Shown here: positions 61,713 through 64,000 of the stretch, one piece after another
Layout: every line of letters starts with the position of its first letter
Numbering within the stretch: position 1 is the first letter of the stretch
Source of the DNA: Camelus dromedarius
Taxonomy: Eukaryota
Length of the DNA: 64,000 nucleotides
Assembly: GCF_036321535.1 (NCBI RefSeq)
Contig: NC_087436.1
Coordinates: 112,532,001-112,596,000 of the forward strand
Direction: 5' to 3'
Translations under genes and position numbers: made by a program
Notes under the pieces: model-generated
What the model was told of the DNA's origin: nothing
What the model saw: only the letters and a program-made list of their open reading frames with translations
Databases searched by the model: none

Positions 61713-63352
61713 GTAGAGCCGGGGGGCAGCCCAGAGAGAGATACACATCATATAAGAAGTTCTGATAAAGGCTGCTTTGCCCAACCTCACTCGTGCTGCA
61801 AGTCATGGGGTAGGGATTCGGCACGTAGTAAATGGCAGGCCATCGTTCCAGGTGGAGCTTCGTCGGGGGCAGGCACAGGGCTTGGGACACAGCCCCGCTG
61901 CTTTTTCCAGGTGGGTTCGCCATGTTTGGAACTCACCCTACACGTTTGTGAAAGACACATGCCTTGGTTCCTTGTTTCCTGCCCTCCTAGAGGGTAAGCT
62001 GCTTTAAGTGTGTAAGTAAGTGTGTAAGAACACACTCTCCTCCCCCCAGTAAGGGAGGTATCTTTTGGGATCTCAGAAAGCATTGAGACAGGAAGCAGTA
62101 CGAGATAGTCCCTGACCGCGTCATTGTCTGAGGCTCCCGGGAGTTTAGGGCTGAAGATGATGCTGACGTGCGTTATTATTACTATTATTATTACTGATTG
62201 AGCTTTACTCCGGCAGACACTTCCACCTAATATATGTTAAATAGTACATGCCAAGTGCTGAGAACAGAATAATGCACAGAACATGCATCGCCCCTCATTC
62301 TGTCGCCATGGTAACTCAGGCTCAGAGTCGCATTTTAACCATGCCAAGACCTGTCCCCCAGAGACTCCTATGTAGTTGGTCAGGGTCGGCTGGTTATTGA
62401 TACTGCTCAAAAGGTTCCCGGGGGAGTGGTAATGGGAGATTAATTGGAGCACTGTCCCTCAATTCACTAGTGTATCTGATTGCAATTGGGCAACTGTCAT
62501 CTGCCAAGCCCCTGGTGGGTGCCCGGGAAAGAGCGGGGAGTGTGACTGTCACAGTTCTCCCTCCCCTGGGGCTGCAGCAGGCTCAGGAATCGGCCACAAG
62601 GGAGCCGTCACCCTAAGTCAGGTGAGTGCCATGAAGGGACAAGTGTAGGACTCCATGAAGGAAGGATTTACAGCAAACTCAGACATGGTTATCAAGACAG
62701 ACTTGCTGGAAGAAGCAACGTCCAAACTTAGACTTGAGTTTCATCAGGGGAGCAGTGATGGGAATAATGTTCTGGGTGAGGAGGTGGCAGGAGGGAGCCC
62801 AGAGTGAAGAAGGGGAGAGAGCATGACGCTTCCTGGGGACTAGACTGGTCAAGAAGAACAGGACGTGCAGCCGGGCAGCAGAGGCCCACGTGGAGGAGTG
62901 TGAATTCCACGTGGTGGGAGCCCCTGGGATGCTATTCAGCAGGGGAATGCCCCATCAGAGCTTCATATTGGAAAGGGCACTTGGAAGGTGGTGCCTTGGG
63001 CTCTGGGGTTCTAGGCAGCCGCTGATTCTCTTTTACAGAGACCATGTGGTTAGTGCATTAAGCATTTGTAGCTCTCCCTCCCATTCCCTGGTCCATGACT
63101 GATTAGCATATGATTAAGGACCTTTCAAGGAATCCAAATGTGAATTCAAACGTGAGCCTTAGAACTTGACTCCACCTGCAGCACCGTTTCTCTGATGAAC
63201 ACTCCTTTCACATTCTTGTCTGGTGTCCTCTCCCCCTTGATTTTCTCTGTGTCGGGTATTAATGTTCTTCGTGGTGGTTGATCACTCCAGTAACTTTTCT
63301 GTTTTCTCACTGCATGCTGCCTCTGCGGGCACAACGGCTTTGACTTCTACAG

Positions 63353-63379
63353 CCAGAAAACGTAGTCCTGACTCTGAAG
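63353..63379 (+). CDS. PROM1: Prominin-1 27-nt facultative microexon (PENVVLTLK)
   Basis: Sequence ttctacag|CCAGAAAACGTAGTCCTGACTCTGAAG|gtaaag, phase 0/0. Homologous to the alternatively spliced human exon PETVILGLK (c.277-303). Confidence 0.93.
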
Positions 63380-64000
63380 GTAAAGTCCTGGCCGCTGTTT
63401 CACGTCGCTCTGTCTAAAGCCCACGAGTGGTGTGATGCTTTGGCCTGAATGCTCTGGTCACTGTCCTCTCCACTGTGATGGTTTTAAAATTACTTGTTTC
63501 TCTTTTGTTTCTTCCATCATCTTTCATCTTCTATTTCAGCTTTAGTGGTTCATGAAAGAATAGCCACCCATCTCGGCAAATTTAAATCTTGATCTCTTCA
63601 ACACAGTCCACAAAGGCCTCCGGAGATCTTGGTATATCAGGAAATAACTGAGGTCCTTGCCAGACCTTGGCCAGACTTCAGCCTAGACGGGGACTCTGGA
63701 AATGACGTACCTTGTTCCTGACTCTGTTTGACCTCATATTTAGTCAGAAACATTGGGAAAGTTGTACATAAAACATAAAATTTGCATTTGGAGCTAAAGA
63801 GCACATTTAAAACGTTTTAATACACCTTTCTCTTCTGGGTTTGGGTTCAGTGTCTCGGGCTTCAGAAAGGATTTTAAATTCCTTTTAAAATAGTAACAGT
63901 TTTGTTTTTTTTTTAAGTAACGATTTAGAATATTTGCTGAGAAATGAAAGCAAACTAAGTAAGAGTTTGGAGTGTCTGGGGTTGGTTTCTCTATTAGCCA

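Overview
Mammalian genomic DNA, almost certainly from a camelid, judged by six tRNA-Ala-derived Vic-1-type SINEs. The window holds the 5' part of PROM1 (prominin-1/CD133) on the + strand. It contains a CpG-island promoter region (~20.2-22.1 kb) with at least two alternative non-coding first-exon splice donors, the first coding exon (26685-27118, ATG 26899, 220 coding nt), a 31.4-kb intron, a 56-nt exon (58561-58616) and the 27-nt alternatively spliced microexon (63353-63379, PENVVLTLK). The gene continues past the window end. The rest is intergenic or intronic sequence rich in L1, L2, MIR, ERV1/ERVL/MaLR LTRs, hAT DNA-transposon relics and microsatellites. I see no convincing novel multi-gene system, and nearly all ORF-track entries are spurious. 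The best second-look items are regulatory: an isoform-specific overlapping uORF, short uORFs abutting the start codon, three RFX X-boxes, splicing motifs around the microexon, a CRX-type site at a candidate proximal promoter, an unexplained 34-bp direct repeat, and a possible cryptic terminal exon. Repeat family names and human comparisons are from memory, not from database searches, and many repeat boundaries are approximate.
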